Both the position numbers and the translations under genes were made by a program. A stretch of 64,000 bases of DNA. Origin: Selaginella moellendorffii (taxonomy: Eukaryota > Plantae > Lycopodiophyta). Positions 12,810 to 25,390 of this stretch are shown piece by piece (within the stretch, counting starts at the first letter, position 1; each line of letters opens with the position of its first letter). The notes beneath the pieces were generated by a model that did no database searches, was not told where the DNA came from, and worked only from the letters and a program-made list of their open reading frames with translations. The DNA lies in the NCBI RefSeq assembly GCF_000143415.4, contig NW_003314362.1, positions 577,371 through 641,370 of the forward strand, in the 5' to 3' direction.

Positions 12810-14900
12810 CTACTCACAAAACTTCGGAAGCACCACCTCAAGTTCTTGCGTCTGAAACTCCTTTATCCACTGCAGGTCTTTGTCTTCTTCTGCTGGTTGC
12901 TCAATCTGATCAGGCTGTTCATCTTCCACCAGGTTTTGCTTCAACCTTGCTTCAACTTGCTCTTCCACATGAAACTTTTCTTTCTGCTGAACAGGTGCCA
13001 GCTCCTCTTGGGTAAAACTTCTTGTTTCTTGATTGTTTGATTGTTTGTCGTGTTCTTTGATTGTTTCTGGATCTTGTGCTTGCAATTCAGCTTGAATTGC
13101 TTTAAGTATTTTCTTGCTTTTCTTCCATTCGGTTTCTGGGATAATTTCCAGTTCATCATCGTGATCTTGTTCTTCCAAATTATCTGGTTGTTGATACTTG
13201 TATTGTTGTCTCGTGATTGCTCGTATTGCTGGTTCTTCATAAGTTTGTGAGTCTTCGACTTCAACCTCAACATTCCGTGCTGCAGGTGGTCTTGCTCTTG
13301 GAGCTTGATTGTTTACGACTTGGTTATTTTCACGATTTGCATTTTGGTAAGGTTGCCGAGGTCGATTATCTTGTTGTGGTGCAAGTCGCTGGTTGTAATT
13401 GTAACCTTGAGCTTGAGGTGGTCTTTGATTATAGTTGCGATATGGTTCTTGATCATAATTGTAATTTCGTGGGGGAGGACATTGGTAGTCGTCATGAGGT
13501 CCATCACGTTGCTGATATGTATTGTAGTTTCTTCCATAATTTCCAGAATAGTTGTTTGGTCTTTGATCTTGAGGGGGTATTCTATTGTAGTTGCGATTGT
13601 TCTGACGGTAAAAGTTTCCTCTTTGATTGTACAAATTATCATCACGTTGATAATAATTGTTATATCTTGGAGGTTCATTGCGTGGTGGTCGTGCATTTTG
13701 ATTCCAGTTTCCTTGATATTGAAGATTGGGCTCTCGACGAGAAGTATTCTCGATTCTTGAAACTTCTATTGTATTCCTAAATCGGCAATTCTTGGCTATA
13801 TGGCCTTCTCTATCGCAAATTTGACATTTTGGAAGCTGAAATTTGCATTCCAAATATGTATGTCCTTCATTTTTACACTTTGTACACCACACTCCTTCCT
13901 TGAGTTCGGTTTGTGAGATTTTCCTGATTATTTCCTTCAAGTCTTGGTTTTTTGATGGTTTCTTCTTTGTCTTGATGCGGATTTCTTCCTCTTCTTCATC
14001 ATCTGAACTATCATCGGTTTGTGAAGGTCCCGCTTTTGTGAATTGCTTAAATCGTTTTTCTAATGTCAAGATTTCTTTGGAGAGTGTATCGACATTTTCT
14101 TCATCCGGATTCTCTGCTGCAACAGCAAGTGCTACCATGTTTCTATAGATTTCTTTAAGGCCTTGTATATAGGACAAGCTTTTTCCTTTTTCCGTTATCA
14201 AATCCTTGCAACGCTTTGCATGGAACTTAAATCTTTGAGTGTAATCTTGAATACCTTCACGTGGTTTTTGTTTGAAATTCTTGATGATCTCATAGTGTTC
14301 TTCTTGAGTTCCTCCAGTCTGGAATTGTTCTTTAAATTGTGTGATCTTTTCATCATAGGTTATCGCATCATCGAGTGTGTTGTGCCAATCGAGGGCTTTT
14401 CCTTTAAGTGTGTATGGGAAAAGTATTTCTCGATGCATTTCCTGTTTGTTCATCTTTACAATTTGATCAAATTGTTTAAGATGCTGGTTTGCATCTTCGG
14501 TTTTTCCACCAGTAAAAATGGGATAGGAAATCATGTTCCCTATGGCTGTCGCTGGATTGATGATTGCCATTTGAAGTTGTAGACTTTGTTGGTGAAATTG
14601 TTGTTCTGGTGAGTCTGGATTGGAGTAAAACTTTGGTGCTATGTATTCGGCTTCTTCAAATGCCTCAAACTTTGGGGCGTCTTCACTATTTAGTTCTTTG
14701 TTATCGTTGGCTGAGTTGCTTGACTCGGCAACTTGAATTTCTTTATCCTCCTTGTCGTACTTCTCTAATATTGTTTCTAAAATTTGTTGCTGTTGTTGTT
14801 CTAGTTTCTCTTTTCCTATCTCTTCCTTTTTCACTTCTCGATTCTTTTGTCGAAGATCTCTTTCCCGGATCTTGATTGGGTCTGGTTTGTGTTTGTACAT
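12810..14900 (-). CDS. gag: Retrotransposon Gag with two CCHC zinc knuckles
   Basis: Capsid-like FPYTLKGKALDWH...FKQKPREGIQDYTQRF; knuckles CTKCKNEGHTYLEC and CQICDREGHIAKNC. Confidence 0.9.
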   Translation of the reverse strand: MYKHKPDPIKIRERDLRQKNREVKKEEIGKEKLEQQQQQILETILEKYDKEDKEIQVAESSNSANDNKELNSEDAPKFEAFEEAEYIAPKFYSNPDSPEQQFHQQSLQLQMAIINPATAIGNMISYPIFTGGKTEDANQHLKQFDQIVKMNKQEMHREILFPYTLKGKALDWHNTLDDAITYDEKITQFKEQFQTGGTQEEHYEIIKNFKQKPREGIQDYTQRFKFHAKRCKDLITEKGKSLSYIQGLKEIYRNMVALAVAAENPDEENVDTLSKEILTLEKRFKQFTKAGPSQTDDSSDDEEEEEIRIKTKKKPSKNQDLKEIIRKISQTELKEGVWCTKCKNEGHTYLECKFQLPKCQICDREGHIAKNCRFRNTIEVSRIENTSRREPNLQYQGNWNQNARPPRNEPPRYNNYYQRDDNLYNQRGNFYRQNNRNYNRIPPQDQRPNNYSGNYGRNYNTYQQRDGPHDDYQCPPPRNYNYDQEPYRNYNQRPPQAQGYNYNQRLAPQQDNRPRQPYQNANRENNQVVNNQAPRARPPAARNVEVEVEDSQTYEEPAIRAITRQQYKYQQPDNLEEQDHDDELEIIPETEWKKSKKILKAIQAELQAQDPETIKEHDKQSNNQETRSFTQEELAPVQQKEKFHVEEQVEARLKQNLVEDEQPDQIEQPAEEDKDLQWIKEFQTQELEVVLPKFCE

Positions 14901-15421
14901 TCAGTTTGCTGAGTCTTCTCAACTTGAATGTTGAGATAAGTTTCTTGAATTTATGTTTTGCCTAAGTTGTCTGGAGTCAGATGTTGTTCTTCATAGATTG
15001 CAAAGTCAAGCTCTTATGTCTTGAGTCTTCAGCAAGTTTGTTTTTGGTGTATAAATGCGAAGTCAAGCTCTTGTGTCTTGAGTCTTCTGCAAGTTTGGTT
15101 TTGTAGTAGAAATGCGAAGTCAAGCTCTTGTGTCTTGAGTCTTCAATCGAGTTTTTCTTTCTCGATTCTTCCCGAGTTTCTTCTCGAGGTCACTTTCCTG
15201 AGTCTAGCTTAGGAAAGGTCTTGTATTTGAAAAATCTGGTGGTGTAAGTAAGTACGATTTTGTTTGTGGAAGGAGGTTGGTTGTGTCATATATTGATCAA
15301 TGTAGCTGTTCGCTAGTGATATTCTAGTCTCTAATGACGTCCACATGTCACAATATAGTTTCCAACAGATTCTTGTTGCTTTAAGCCTATGTGTGTGCGG
15401 GTTTATCCAGCGCAATTTTCT

Positions 15422-16279
15422 CTATGGTCGATTGCGTGATGGTGCATTTCCCCAATGCTGTTCTTGCCGGTGGTGTTCTACTTCCCTCTGTCGTATAGCA
15501 CGTTCTCTTTCACGATCAGAGTCGATCGCTTCACGAACTTCCCAAGGGATAGTCTCAATTAATACCCTTGCATTATAAGTTTGAATCCTTGACGCAGGAT
15601 CTCCTAAAATACTCCTTAAAATGTTGAGACTGCTTGGACGCACTCTTCCTTGTTGGTTGCGAGTGATATGTAGCTCTAGGCTGGGGTTTCGACGTTGGAC
15701 CTCAGTGTCAAAGTTGAAGTTTGTTACTGTATTTAATCTTGGCCTATTGTGATTCTGTCTTAAATTTCTCCTCCTTCGACTTGTTATCCTTGAGTTTACA
15801 AGTCGTTCCCTTGAACTTGATGCAAGTTCAGGTTCCCGTCGGTTTCTTAAACTCGAATTCCGAATTGGAATTTGTTGATGGCCTTGTCCTTGATTTCTTA
15901 ATTCTCCAGCTATTCTCGTCCGTCCTAAACGGTGCCAATATGCTATAGCATATAATTCGAGAAGAGTGCTTGTTGGTAGCGTTACACGGAGAGGACTTTG
16001 AAGAAGTCGGTAAAGTAATTCCGCGTTCTCTTCGAAATCTCTAAATCTAAGAGTGTCCACAAACCAACGAACTTGTGGTTCAAAAATTCCACACTCTGTT
16101 GCTGCTATGACTCTCGTCAAATCAGTGTTGAAAGCAAGCGTTAATGGTTGAAAAGTTTCATGTTTGTGTATGCCTAGGAATTCAACGATTGTTTGTTGAA
16201 AGAGGTGTTCGCGATACACCCAAGTCAGGGTTCTTCGAGTTGCAAAGAAATCGAAGTAAACATATTTTTCTTTCAACAT
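15422..16279 (-). CDS. Extra retroelement ORF upstream of gag, 285 aa, unknown function
   Basis: Uninterrupted ATG-initiated ORF between the 5' LTR and gag, in the same sense. Confidence 0.5.
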   Translation of the reverse strand: MLKEKYVYFDFFATRRTLTWVYREHLFQQTIVEFLGIHKHETFQPLTLAFNTDLTRVIAATECGIFEPQVRWFVDTLRFRDFEENAELLYRLLQSPLRVTLPTSTLLELYAIAYWHRLGRTRIAGELRNQGQGHQQIPIRNSSLRNRREPELASSSRERLVNSRITSRRRRNLRQNHNRPRLNTVTNFNFDTEVQRRNPSLELHITRNQQGRVRPSSLNILRSILGDPASRIQTYNARVLIETIPWEVREAIDSDRERERAIRQREVEHHRQEQHWGNAPSRNRP

Positions 16280-16300
16280 TTCCTCATTTTTGCATCCCTC

Positions 16301-16630
16301 CTATTTGCTAGACAATTTGTAGAAGAGTCGTAGAATCGTTTCTTGAAGTTTTTGTAAACAACTAAAGCTTTGTTTCGCAGCTTGTTCTAAACTATCGTCT
16401 CTCTTTTTGGTGTCATTTTCTTGGGCTATTTCTTCTCGTTTCCTACTCTCCTCCGCTGCGGCAATGTCATCCCTGATTCGCAGTCTTGCTTTTGCTTGTT
16501 TGCAAGTGTCGCATCGCCATTTTGGATAGCATTGCTTGTACGGTTTTGCACAATTTCTGAAACCACACAAAAGACAGTTTTCGTATCTTGTACAGCTTGT
16601 GTCTCCAAATGGGCAGTCGTGCTTTTTCAT
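16301..16630 (-). CDS. Small Cys-rich retroelement ORF, 109 aa, possibly zinc-binding
   Basis: HDCPFGDTSC...CLLCGFRNC...CYPKWRCDTC followed by a coiled-coil-like tail; lies 21 nt upstream of the 285-aa ORF. Confidence 0.4.
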   Translation of the reverse strand: MKKHDCPFGDTSCTRYENCLLCGFRNCAKPYKQCYPKWRCDTCKQAKARLRIRDDIAAAEESRKREEIAQENDTKKRDDSLEQAAKQSFSCLQKLQETILRLFYKLSSK

Positions 16631-17529
16631 TCTTCCTCCATCTCCAGCCGCTAGAATTTTCCCTTGGTCGTTTCCTTATCGCAGATCCTTGGAATATTCG
16701 CTTTCTTCAACCTCTCGCCAAAAACAGTTACGCGTACGCTCCAATTTTTCCACGACTTGGGTGGCTTCAATCTTCATGTGTTCTTCATCTTTTGGTCTTA
16801 CGCTCCATTTTTGTTCTTCATTCCTTCATGCTCTTCCACCGTTTTTGTTTTACGGTCTTGTTTTTCTTGATTTTTGGGGCTTTTTCTTCCTATGCCATTT
16901 TCTTGTGCGTCTTTGGTCCGTTTTCCTTGAAGTTTTGGGGAAAATGAGCGTTTTGGTCTGCTCTATTCCATGAGCTCTTCACGTTGTCTCATCCCACCGT
17001 GGTCGCCAGTGAAAACTCCTGGAATCTCTGAACTGGGAGGAAAACGTCCACACGAGATTTTCCTAGGAGTTTCAAATCTAATCTAGTCCCTAAAACTAAA
17101 ACTACACTACAAGAAGAATGCACTTACCTGCTTGTGCCAAGCCAAGTAGAGACTGTGAACATGTGCTTGAAGGTGCTAGTCCCATGCCTTTGATCCCTTG
17201 AAGGCGGTGGGTAAGTAAGACATTGTTGTGAAGGGCCGAAGAGATAGGCAGAACGACGATGTATTGCAATGTATTTTGTATTAGGGATAAGTCTAAAAAC
17301 ATTCTAAGTCCTACTTTTATAGTCGCTACTGCTCACATCAAGGTTAGGAATACAGTCCTAACCTTGAACCTCTCAAGTTTACTTTCCTAAGCTTGAATCC
17401 TCGAGCTTGTCTTTTTCTCCCTTCTCCAATCTCGGACTCAATCTCGAAGTTGATCTCAAACTCGGTCTCGAAGTCGGTCTCAAAATCGGTTTTGGACTCG
17501 ATCTCAAACTCAATCTCATCCAATGAACT

Positions 17530-18106
17530 CTTTATCATTTCGGTCGTGCTTTTGAGGATCCTTTAGCCTACCACATCTCAGGGAGTTGGTTCTTTATAAA
17601 GGATAGTTGAAGTCAATTGCATATGAGTTGGTGGTGTTTGAATTGATGGGGCATTTTCCACAATCAACAGTTGGCAATGTTATTGCCTATGATTATTTGA
17701 CTCAATACCTTCCAAACATCATAGATATGGTACTCCCATCTCCCTCTAAGTGGGTCAAGACATCATCAATGAAGTCAAAAGTCACCTTCAGTATATCATA
17801 AAGAACCTCATCCATCATTTATTGAAAAATCACTAAAGCATTGTTCAAATCGAACAATATCACCAAGAACTTGTACAAACCAAATGGTGTATGAAAAACA
17901 GTCTTAGGAATATCCTCTTTGGCTATAGCACTTGCTGATACCCAAAAACAAAATCTAATTAGTGACCTAATAACTTCTCCTTAGACAATTTAAAAGATCA
18001 GCAGTGTGAGGAAGAAGGTACACATCTGGGATAGTCACTTTGTTTAACAAATGATAATTGATGTAGAAATTAATACTCCTATCAGCGGTTTATCACAAAA
18101 TGAAGT
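17530..18106 (-). mobile_element. Degenerate Ty3/gypsy reverse transcriptase fragment
   Basis: Minus strand KTVFHTPFGLYKFLV...NNA and FIDDV (YxDD-like) motifs with stops. Confidence 0.65.
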
Positions 18107-18661
18107 NNNNNNNNNNNNNNNNNNNNNNNNNNNNNNNNNNNNNNNNNNNNNNNNNNNNNNNNNNNNNNNNNNNNNNNNNNNNNNNNNNNNNNNNNNNNNN
18201 NNNNNNNNNNNNNNNNNNNNNNNNNNNNNNNNNNNNNNNNNNNNNNNNNNNNNNNNNNNNNNNNNNNNNNNNNNNNNNNNNNNNNNNNNNNNNNNNNNNN
18301 NNNNNNNNNNNNNNNNNNNNNNNNNNNNNNNNNNNNNNNNNNNNNNNNNNNNNNNNNNNNNNNNNNNNNNNNNNNNNNNNNNNNNNNNNNNNNNNNNNNN
18401 NNNNNNNNNNNNNNNNNNNNNNNNNNNNNNNNNNNNNNNNNNNNNNNNNNNNNNNNNNNNNNNNNNNNNNNNNNNNNNNNNNNNNNNNNNNNNNNNNNNN
18501 NNNNNNNNNNNNNNNNNNNNNNNNNNNNNNNNNNNNNNNNNNNNNNNNNNNNNNNNNNNNNNNNNNNNNNNNNNNNNNNNNNNNNNNNNNNNNNNNNNNN
18601 NNNNNNNNNNNNNNNNNNNNNNNNNNNNNNNNNNNNNNNNNNNNNNNNNNNNNNNNNNNNN
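18107..18661. other. Assembly gap (N run)
   Basis: 555 Ns. Confidence 0.99.
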
Positions 18662-21330
18662 TCGGACTTTAATTCGGCATATGACAACAGGAACCTTGAT
18701 TAGATGAGCATCCCCAGTTAGAATAAAATGATGTGTTGTAGTCTTAACCCCCAGACAACAAGTTAAATTCAAAAAGATTGGCATATTCTTTCATGATTTG
18801 GTCAACCATTGCAATATAAAGATTATCAGAGGGATATAAAGAGAGAATAGAGGAACAAAATAGAAATATAAGAGGACGTAATGAAGAGATTAAAGTGATG
18901 GAAGTAAAAGTAGAAGAATAAAGAGGAATAGAAGTGAGAAGAATGAAAGAAATATTAGGAAGTATAAATCAAGGGGGAAAGGCCTCAAAGTCACATTTGG
19001 TATGATTATGTTACAATTAATCTATACCAAGGATAAGGTCAAAAACATGATTTAGCAGTATCTATAACGACTAAAGTTTAAGCTCAAAATTGCCCATGCA
19101 CACAACTAGGTTTGCCTCATCTCATACACATAGCCATTGCTATAAAGAATAAAATTTAGCTTTGCTACACAACATAAATATAGATGGCAATATGTGGCAA
19201 TAGGCTGAATAATAAAAGATGAATTTGAGCTTGTATTAACTAACACAGAGAGCATAATAAAAAATCTTTTGTTATATAAGCGAATTTAGAAAGTAAACAC
19301 TAGATGAACTAATGCTAATGGAACCCTTTAATGATACTCCCAAAAGAAAGATGAAAGGGTTACAGACTTATTCGCGCAAGGACCCTCCACTACTTGCATA
19401 ACTCTTTATTTTCCAGAAGCATCTTAGTGTTTAAACCTTCCATTATAACAACATTAATAGAACATTGTTAAAGTCTCCACCCAAGAAATGAAGGACACCA
19501 ATTTGGAAAATACTAACAATGTTGATAAGGGTGACCAATTTCATCCAACTATGGATATCATGGCTACAACCACATCCCTACCTTTGTCCTTGAATTAAGG
19601 AAACAACAACATCAACCTTCATTGGAACAGAACCATCACTTATAAGAAATGGAATTGAAGGATGTGTAGCAAGAAATTAAAAAAGTGATGTCTCAAAACA
19701 TTGTGTTAAATGAAGATTATCCTCAAGAGTGGTTGGAGTAAGTGCATGCATAAATCTTACAAAATCTTAACAAAATATTAGCCACAATATGTCTAACTTG
19801 ATTTGCTTCGATATATTTAGTTCCGCACGAGGCAAGAGGCTTTAGAAAAAAATGGCAAATTACATTACTTTCTTAAATGGCCATTAATGAAGACAATACA
19901 ATTGTTAAAAAGCATTATCACAATTGTTAGCATGTTCAAATGCTCATTTGAACATGTCTAGGAGAATGCTCTAATCCACATGAATGGCTGTGTTTAAACC
20001 ATTGTACCACTATGGATCAAATATAAAAATTATTTTTTCTTTTTTGAAAAATGATTTACAATAAGATGTGATTTCATTGCTTGTGATTACATCATGCAAT
20101 CAAGAATCCTTACCTTGATGTATGTTGATTATAATAGTTTGCAAATGGTGAATTGTGAAATGAATAAACCAAGAATGGATTCAACTTCACCCTATTATCT
20201 TAGAATGTAAAAAATCAATCCTAGAAGATTGCCTAGTAAATGCTAATCATTGTGTTTAATATAGAGAGAGTCTTCATCTCAACAAAAACTAGCTCCTTAA
20301 ATCAAAACTCATTTACTCTATTTAGGTACTTACATTCATTTACATAAAAAGAAATAGCAAATTAACGAAATCCAAGAAATGCAGCAAATAATTATAATTG
20401 ATATTAATGTCTAAAAAAGTTGTTTTAAAAAAAATTGATCTCCCTTTCTTCCTTTTAGATGAAAAGATAACCATGTACATATAATAGCCATAAAATGGTT
20501 ATCCAATTAGAGTATGACATGTGGACTATACACATGTGCAATTGCATGCACATGGCACCTGTTCATTTTTTAATCACTTCAGTAACAAAACTATATTACA
20601 AAAAAATTGGATTTCCATACACTATCCCAAGAGCATAAACAAGGTCAATGCTTGAATGCATAGCAGTGTGAGAGCAGCGGTTGTGGTCTTCTTTTTAGGG
20701 TAGGCAATTCTGAAATCTCAAGAGAGGAGATGGGTGCCATGGGTTAGAGGAGCCAGATCTTTCCTTTCTCGCACTAGAGAAATCCTGGATTTTGAAATAT
20801 TAATTAAAAAATTTCATAAATGTTTCGGCTTATATTACCACATACATGCTCTTTAGGGATTTTGGCTAGGGTTTCTTGCCACACTCGAATTACGTGCTGG
20901 AAGCAAGGCATTAGGAGTGAGACAGCATCCAAGTATTGAAATCCAATAGCTTCCATCCAATCCAATCCTATGCCTAGCCATGGCACTGTTGCAACACAGA
21001 TCCATTTGTATGGCCGATTCCAAGTCTTCAGCTACCGCTACCGCTAAAGACTTGGATGCTCTCTAGGTATTGGAGCCCCGATCAAAATGCCAGAGATCCA
21101 CTGTCCTGGCTATGGCACTGTCCTGACCGTGTCCAAATATCTTGGTGTTGTCCCTGTTTTTTTATTGATTGCTACTATACTAGGAGAATCTAATGGATGC
21201 CAATGGCACTCACTTGTTCATGGATCATAGTAGTACAATGGAGGTATTCTAACATAGCTTTAAATATAGCATTCTTCATCCCCTTTTCCATGGAAATTTT
21301 GACACCATTGTGGATTTTCTTCTTTTCTAG

Positions 21331-21950
21331 AGCTTAGATGTTCCATTGGTCGGAAACAAGGGTCTGGATTTCGAGGCTGAGTCAGTCTTCAATCAGGAAT
21401 TCATCAAGGTATTCATCAGGAAAATGAAAAGTTCCTCTTTGCTGTGTTCTTATTTCTCCTATGTCTTTGCAGGTGAAGCTTTCAGACTACTTCTATGTCA
21501 TGTTGTTCTTCTATCCTTTGGACTTCATGATCATTTGCCCGATAGGTTGGTTGATGACAATTGCGTTGGTTTGAAGATTTCTTCAAACTTTTCTTTTCCT
21601 CCTACTAGAAATTGCCTCTTTCTGTGATCGTTACTCGGAATTTGAGAAGATCAACACGGAAGTGCTCAAAGTCTCTGTTGACAGTGTGGTACATGGGATA
21701 TTTTTTTTTTGCTCTCTCACTAACAAAAGGATGTTTTTGCAGTTTTCCCATCTGTCTTGGGTTCAAACTGAGAGAAAGTTGGGTGGCCTAGGCAATTTGC
21801 ACTATCCCCTTGTTTCAGACATCTCCAAGTCAATCTCCAAGGCTTACAACGTACACATCTCTAATCTGGTTTGTGAGAAACTCAGTGGATATTTTGTGCA
21901 GATGACATTCTTTGTATGTCTAGGGAATTGCCCTCTGAGGCCTCTTCATG
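21331..21950 (+). pseudogene. 2-Cys peroxiredoxin (BAS1-like) pseudogene with introns
   Basis: Exon pieces PLVGNKGLDFEAESVFNQEFIK / VKLSDY..FYPLDF / [37 protein letters not shown], with frameshifts and stops. Truncated. Confidence 0.8.
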
Positions 21951-23069
21951 CTAGCAGCAGGGAGTCAAAAACAGCAAGCCAGCAGCAGCAAGTGGCACAA
22001 GCGGCAAGCGAGTGATGATCCAGCTCCATCTCGCAATGCAGTGGTGCAGCTATGAGCATCCAACTCCAGCCGTAGCTATTGCCAATTTCATTTCTAGCTG
22101 CAAGCAGCATTGTAATTGAGCGGCGGTTTAGATATCAATTCAATTAATGATCCAGATTTTTGCTTATGTGACATCTAATGTGGCAATCTTGGTATCACGT
22201 GGAAATCACATTTGAAAATTTATACATTATGAAACCATTGTAGTTTTATGTTCGTGATTTACATGCTTATAAATCTAAAATGAATTATAATTGAATTTTT
22301 GAGAATTTATAAATGTTTCATTTGAATTTCATTTTGGTGCACCGGTGTTATTTGTGAAAAAGAAAGATGGATCTATGCGCATGTGCATAAACTACCGATT
22401 GCTCAACAAGTATACAAAGTAGAATAAATACCTTTTACCAAGGATTGAGAACCTGTTCAATAGGTTGGGAAAGGTATTGTGAAATTTAGTTTTTCACTAA
22501 TGTTATTGCACTATGGAGCCATCACAAGCCTAAAATTCCAAGTTCTATTTCTGGGCAGCTTGAAACATTGTATGATCCAGACACACTGGAAGAATCCACT
22601 TGAAGACTTGGGTCCAAGAAACCAAGGATTCTCTTGGCAAATGCCACAAGCAAAACATTCCAAAGCTGTCCTTAATCCAATTAGCTCGATTTGGCAGCCA
22701 GGGTGCTCTTTCCCTGTGCTTCAGATTTGTTTAGGTTCACACAGATCAACACCCATTCTCGTGAACAATGGAGGTATGAAATCCATGTAAATGTAGACGA
22801 ATATACTAGATAGAATATTCTTAGCCCATGCGAATCCTATGCGTATATACCTTCAGGACCAATGGCAAAGGAAAATTCACAGCTGACACTTTACTGATCA
22901 CAATTCTAAATGCACGCACCAACCCCACACCAACTACGTATTTTTTTCAATATCACAGGCCACAACCTGCACTTGCTACTTTGTCATTTTAGAAAAAAAT
23001 CTCCAAAGCTTCTCTGACCCCACCAGATCAACAGAGCAATATCTTGACACGCTCAGGACCATCGCAGGT

Positions 23070-24161
23070 ATGGCGGAAGAGCGTCATCTTGGTGTGGCAA
23101 TTGTGATCGGCGTGACCGGCATCAATGGAAACAGCATCTGCCGCAAGCTCCTGGAGCGATCCTGGCAAGTCTACGGCACGGGGCGCCGCGATCGCCCCGA
23201 CTGGCTGCCCAGCAAGGTGAGCTACGTGCAGCTGGATCTGCTGGATCAGGTGGATGTGCAGACCAAGCTGTCACCGCTCAAGAACCGCATCACGACTCTC
23301 TTCTGGGCGGCCTGGATCCCCATGAAAACGGAGGAGGAGAACTGCGATGCGAATGGGACGATCTTCCGCAACACCCTCGACGCTCTGCTTCCAGGCGCGC
23401 TCCGCCATATCTGCCTGACCACGGGGGCGAAGCACTACCTGGGGCCATTCGATCGGTGGAGGGATGTGATGCCCGCGGAGGCTCCGTTCCGGGAAGACTA
23501 TCCCAGGCTTCCGGTCCCCAACTTCTACTACGTCCAGGAGGATCTCCTGTTCGACAGGGTGAAGCAGCACCCGCATCTCACATATTCGATCCACCGGCCC
23601 AGCGCCATCTTCGGATTCGCGCCCAGGAACTATATGAATTGCATCCTGGCGCTGGTTGTTTACGCCGCGATCTGCAAGCGCGACAAGCTGCCATTCCGAT
23701 TCTTCGGGAGCAGGGCAGCGTGGGAGGGCCTGACGGATGCATCCGATGCGGATCTGATTGCCGAGCAGGAGATCTGGGCTGCCACGCATCCGGCTGCCAA
23801 GAACCAGGCGTTCAATATCACCAACGGGGATGTGTTCAAATATAAGCAGCTTTGGGCTGTGATCGCGGACGAGATGGGGGTGGATCCTGCCCCGTTCGAC
23901 GGCGAGAGCGTCAGCCTGGAGCATCTGATGAGGGGGAAGGAAGGGAGCTGGGATGCTCTTGTGCGCGAGCACAAGCTGCTGCCGACAAAGTTCCACGATG
24001 TTGGGCAGTTTTGGTTCCTGGATACAATGTTCGGGGCTCCAGTAGAGAACTTGAGCAACATGAACAAGAGCAAGGAGCTCGGGTTTCTGGGATTTCGGAA
24101 CAGCGAGAAGTCTGTGCGGCACTGGATTCAGGTGCTCAAGGCGGAAAAGATCGTTCCCTAA
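23070..24161 (+). CDS. VEP1: Progesterone 5-beta-reductase/iridoid synthase-like (PRISE) SDR, copy 1
   Basis: GVTGING, GTGRR, TGAKHYLGPF, NFYYVQED, SIHRP, DASDADLIAEQEIWAA, MNKSKELGFLGFRNS motifs. Intronless, 363 aa. Confidence 0.93.
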   Translation: MAEERHLGVAIVIGVTGINGNSICRKLLERSWQVYGTGRRDRPDWLPSKVSYVQLDLLDQVDVQTKLSPLKNRITTLFWAAWIPMKTEEENCDANGTIFRNTLDALLPGALRHICLTTGAKHYLGPFDRWRDVMPAEAPFREDYPRLPVPNFYYVQEDLLFDRVKQHPHLTYSIHRPSAIFGFAPRNYMNCILALVVYAAICKRDKLPFRFFGSRAAWEGLTDASDADLIAEQEIWAATHPAAKNQAFNITNGDVFKYKQLWAVIADEMGVDPAPFDGESVSLEHLMRGKEGSWDALVREHKLLPTKFHDVGQFWFLDTMFGAPVENLSNMNKSKELGFLGFRNSEKSVRHWIQVLKAEKIVP

Positions 24162-25129
24162 TTCTCTGGTTGCAGGAGGAGTACGGTCTGCTCTACATAT
24201 AAGTGTAATGCTCTTCAAAATTAGAGAAATGCTCACAAAGGATTATCGCGTCGGATATTTGCTCTGAGCCCATTGCTTAACGCACACTAATGACGTGGTG
24301 TTCCGGGCTTACGGCGGCGGGCCGCCTCTCCCTTCGCGCTCTTTTCGAGATGGTGCTACGTCGGGCGGTGGATCTCCTCGAGCGATAGGTCGTCAAGTTT
24401 TTGGGCAATAAAGAAGGAAACAACGAAGTATTGAATCTTTCTTATTTCTTTGCAGGTGTTTATGCTTTCAGAAGGATCTCCGGGTGTCTTGGCAAACATG
24501 AAGCGTGAACATGAAGTTTGTGACAGACATGTTCTTTTCAGCCAGGTCTTGTTTGGCTTGGGAGACACTAATATAATATCCTTCTTAATATTATATCCTT
24601 CAGGAAAGATTCAGAAAGAAGGACCAGCAGATTAGTGAAAACTTTTTTGTGGCACGGTATTGTTTGCACGCATCTGACATGAGCTTTAGTGCACGTTTTA
24701 TTTTCCAAAGGATCGGTTCTCAACCTTGGAAACGACGTTGAGCGCCTCCACTGCTTTCATAGGATGTCAAGGGCCTTGCCATGGACAGGTTTCACAGTGC
24801 TCCTATTGAGAATCGTGAATTAAATCTTTCTTTCAGGAAACGGATTCAAGGCGCCTTTGTTCTCAAAGAAGCACATGGTGCTCGCTAGATGGCCTGGGAG
24901 AGGAATTGTTCTCAAAAGCACTGGTTCGTTTGACACTCAAATGAAAACTGGTATGTTGAAGATTGCAAGTTTTATAGAGGTTTTTGTCTGTTAAGATACA
25001 CTCACTATTAGTATTAGTAATAACTTGTCAGCAATTTTCAAAAACTTGTTAAGAATTTAGTTTGTATTATTTTTTCTGTAGAAATGATAATGATTTGCTA
25101 TGTGTTGTATGTAACAATGCTTGGTTTGC

Positions 25130-25390
25130 TTAATAATAGTGTTATTCCTATTTATTTATCCAATTGATCAAATAAAGTTTATAATTATAAGCATGTTTGT
25201 AATTTATAAACACAAGATTAATCTTATTACCATTAGATGGTAGAAGGAAAAAAAATATACTAAAAAGGGTTTAAGAAAGTTTAGAATTTATAAACATGTT
25301 TATAAATTATAAATACAAGATTAATCTAAATGAGTAATATTTATTAGATGATAGAATATCCTAGAATATCCAAATATATTCTAAATATAT
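25130..25390 (+). repeat. AT-rich dispersed repeat, also at ~46690-46900 and ~47690-48050
   Basis: Shared strings such as caattgatcaaataaagtttataattataagcatgtttgtaatttataaacacaagattaat. Confidence 0.7.

Larger units (their letters stand above)
11825..17428 (-). mobile_element. Non-autonomous gag-only LTR retrotransposon (TR-GAG-like); LTRs 11825-12243 and 17010-17428
   Basis: Two near-identical ~419-bp TG...CA repeats. 5-bp TSD ATCTC at 11820-11824 and 17429-17433. PBS TGGCGACCACGGTGGGA on - (~16992-17008), resembling the plant tRNA-Arg 3' end. PPT-like GTGGGAGAG at ~12244-12252. No protease/RT/integrase motifs seen. Confidence 0.92.
10822..17520. mobile_element. Old LTR-like repeat containing ctcggactc arrays, split by the 11825-17428 element; related copy at ~60576-61200
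   Basis: 11140-11790 resembles 60580-61195. The ctcggact/ctcaaact array continues on both sides of the nested insertion. Confidence 0.55.

Noticed and set aside
18044-18784. ORFs spanning the N run
   Set aside because: Artefacts of the assembly gap.
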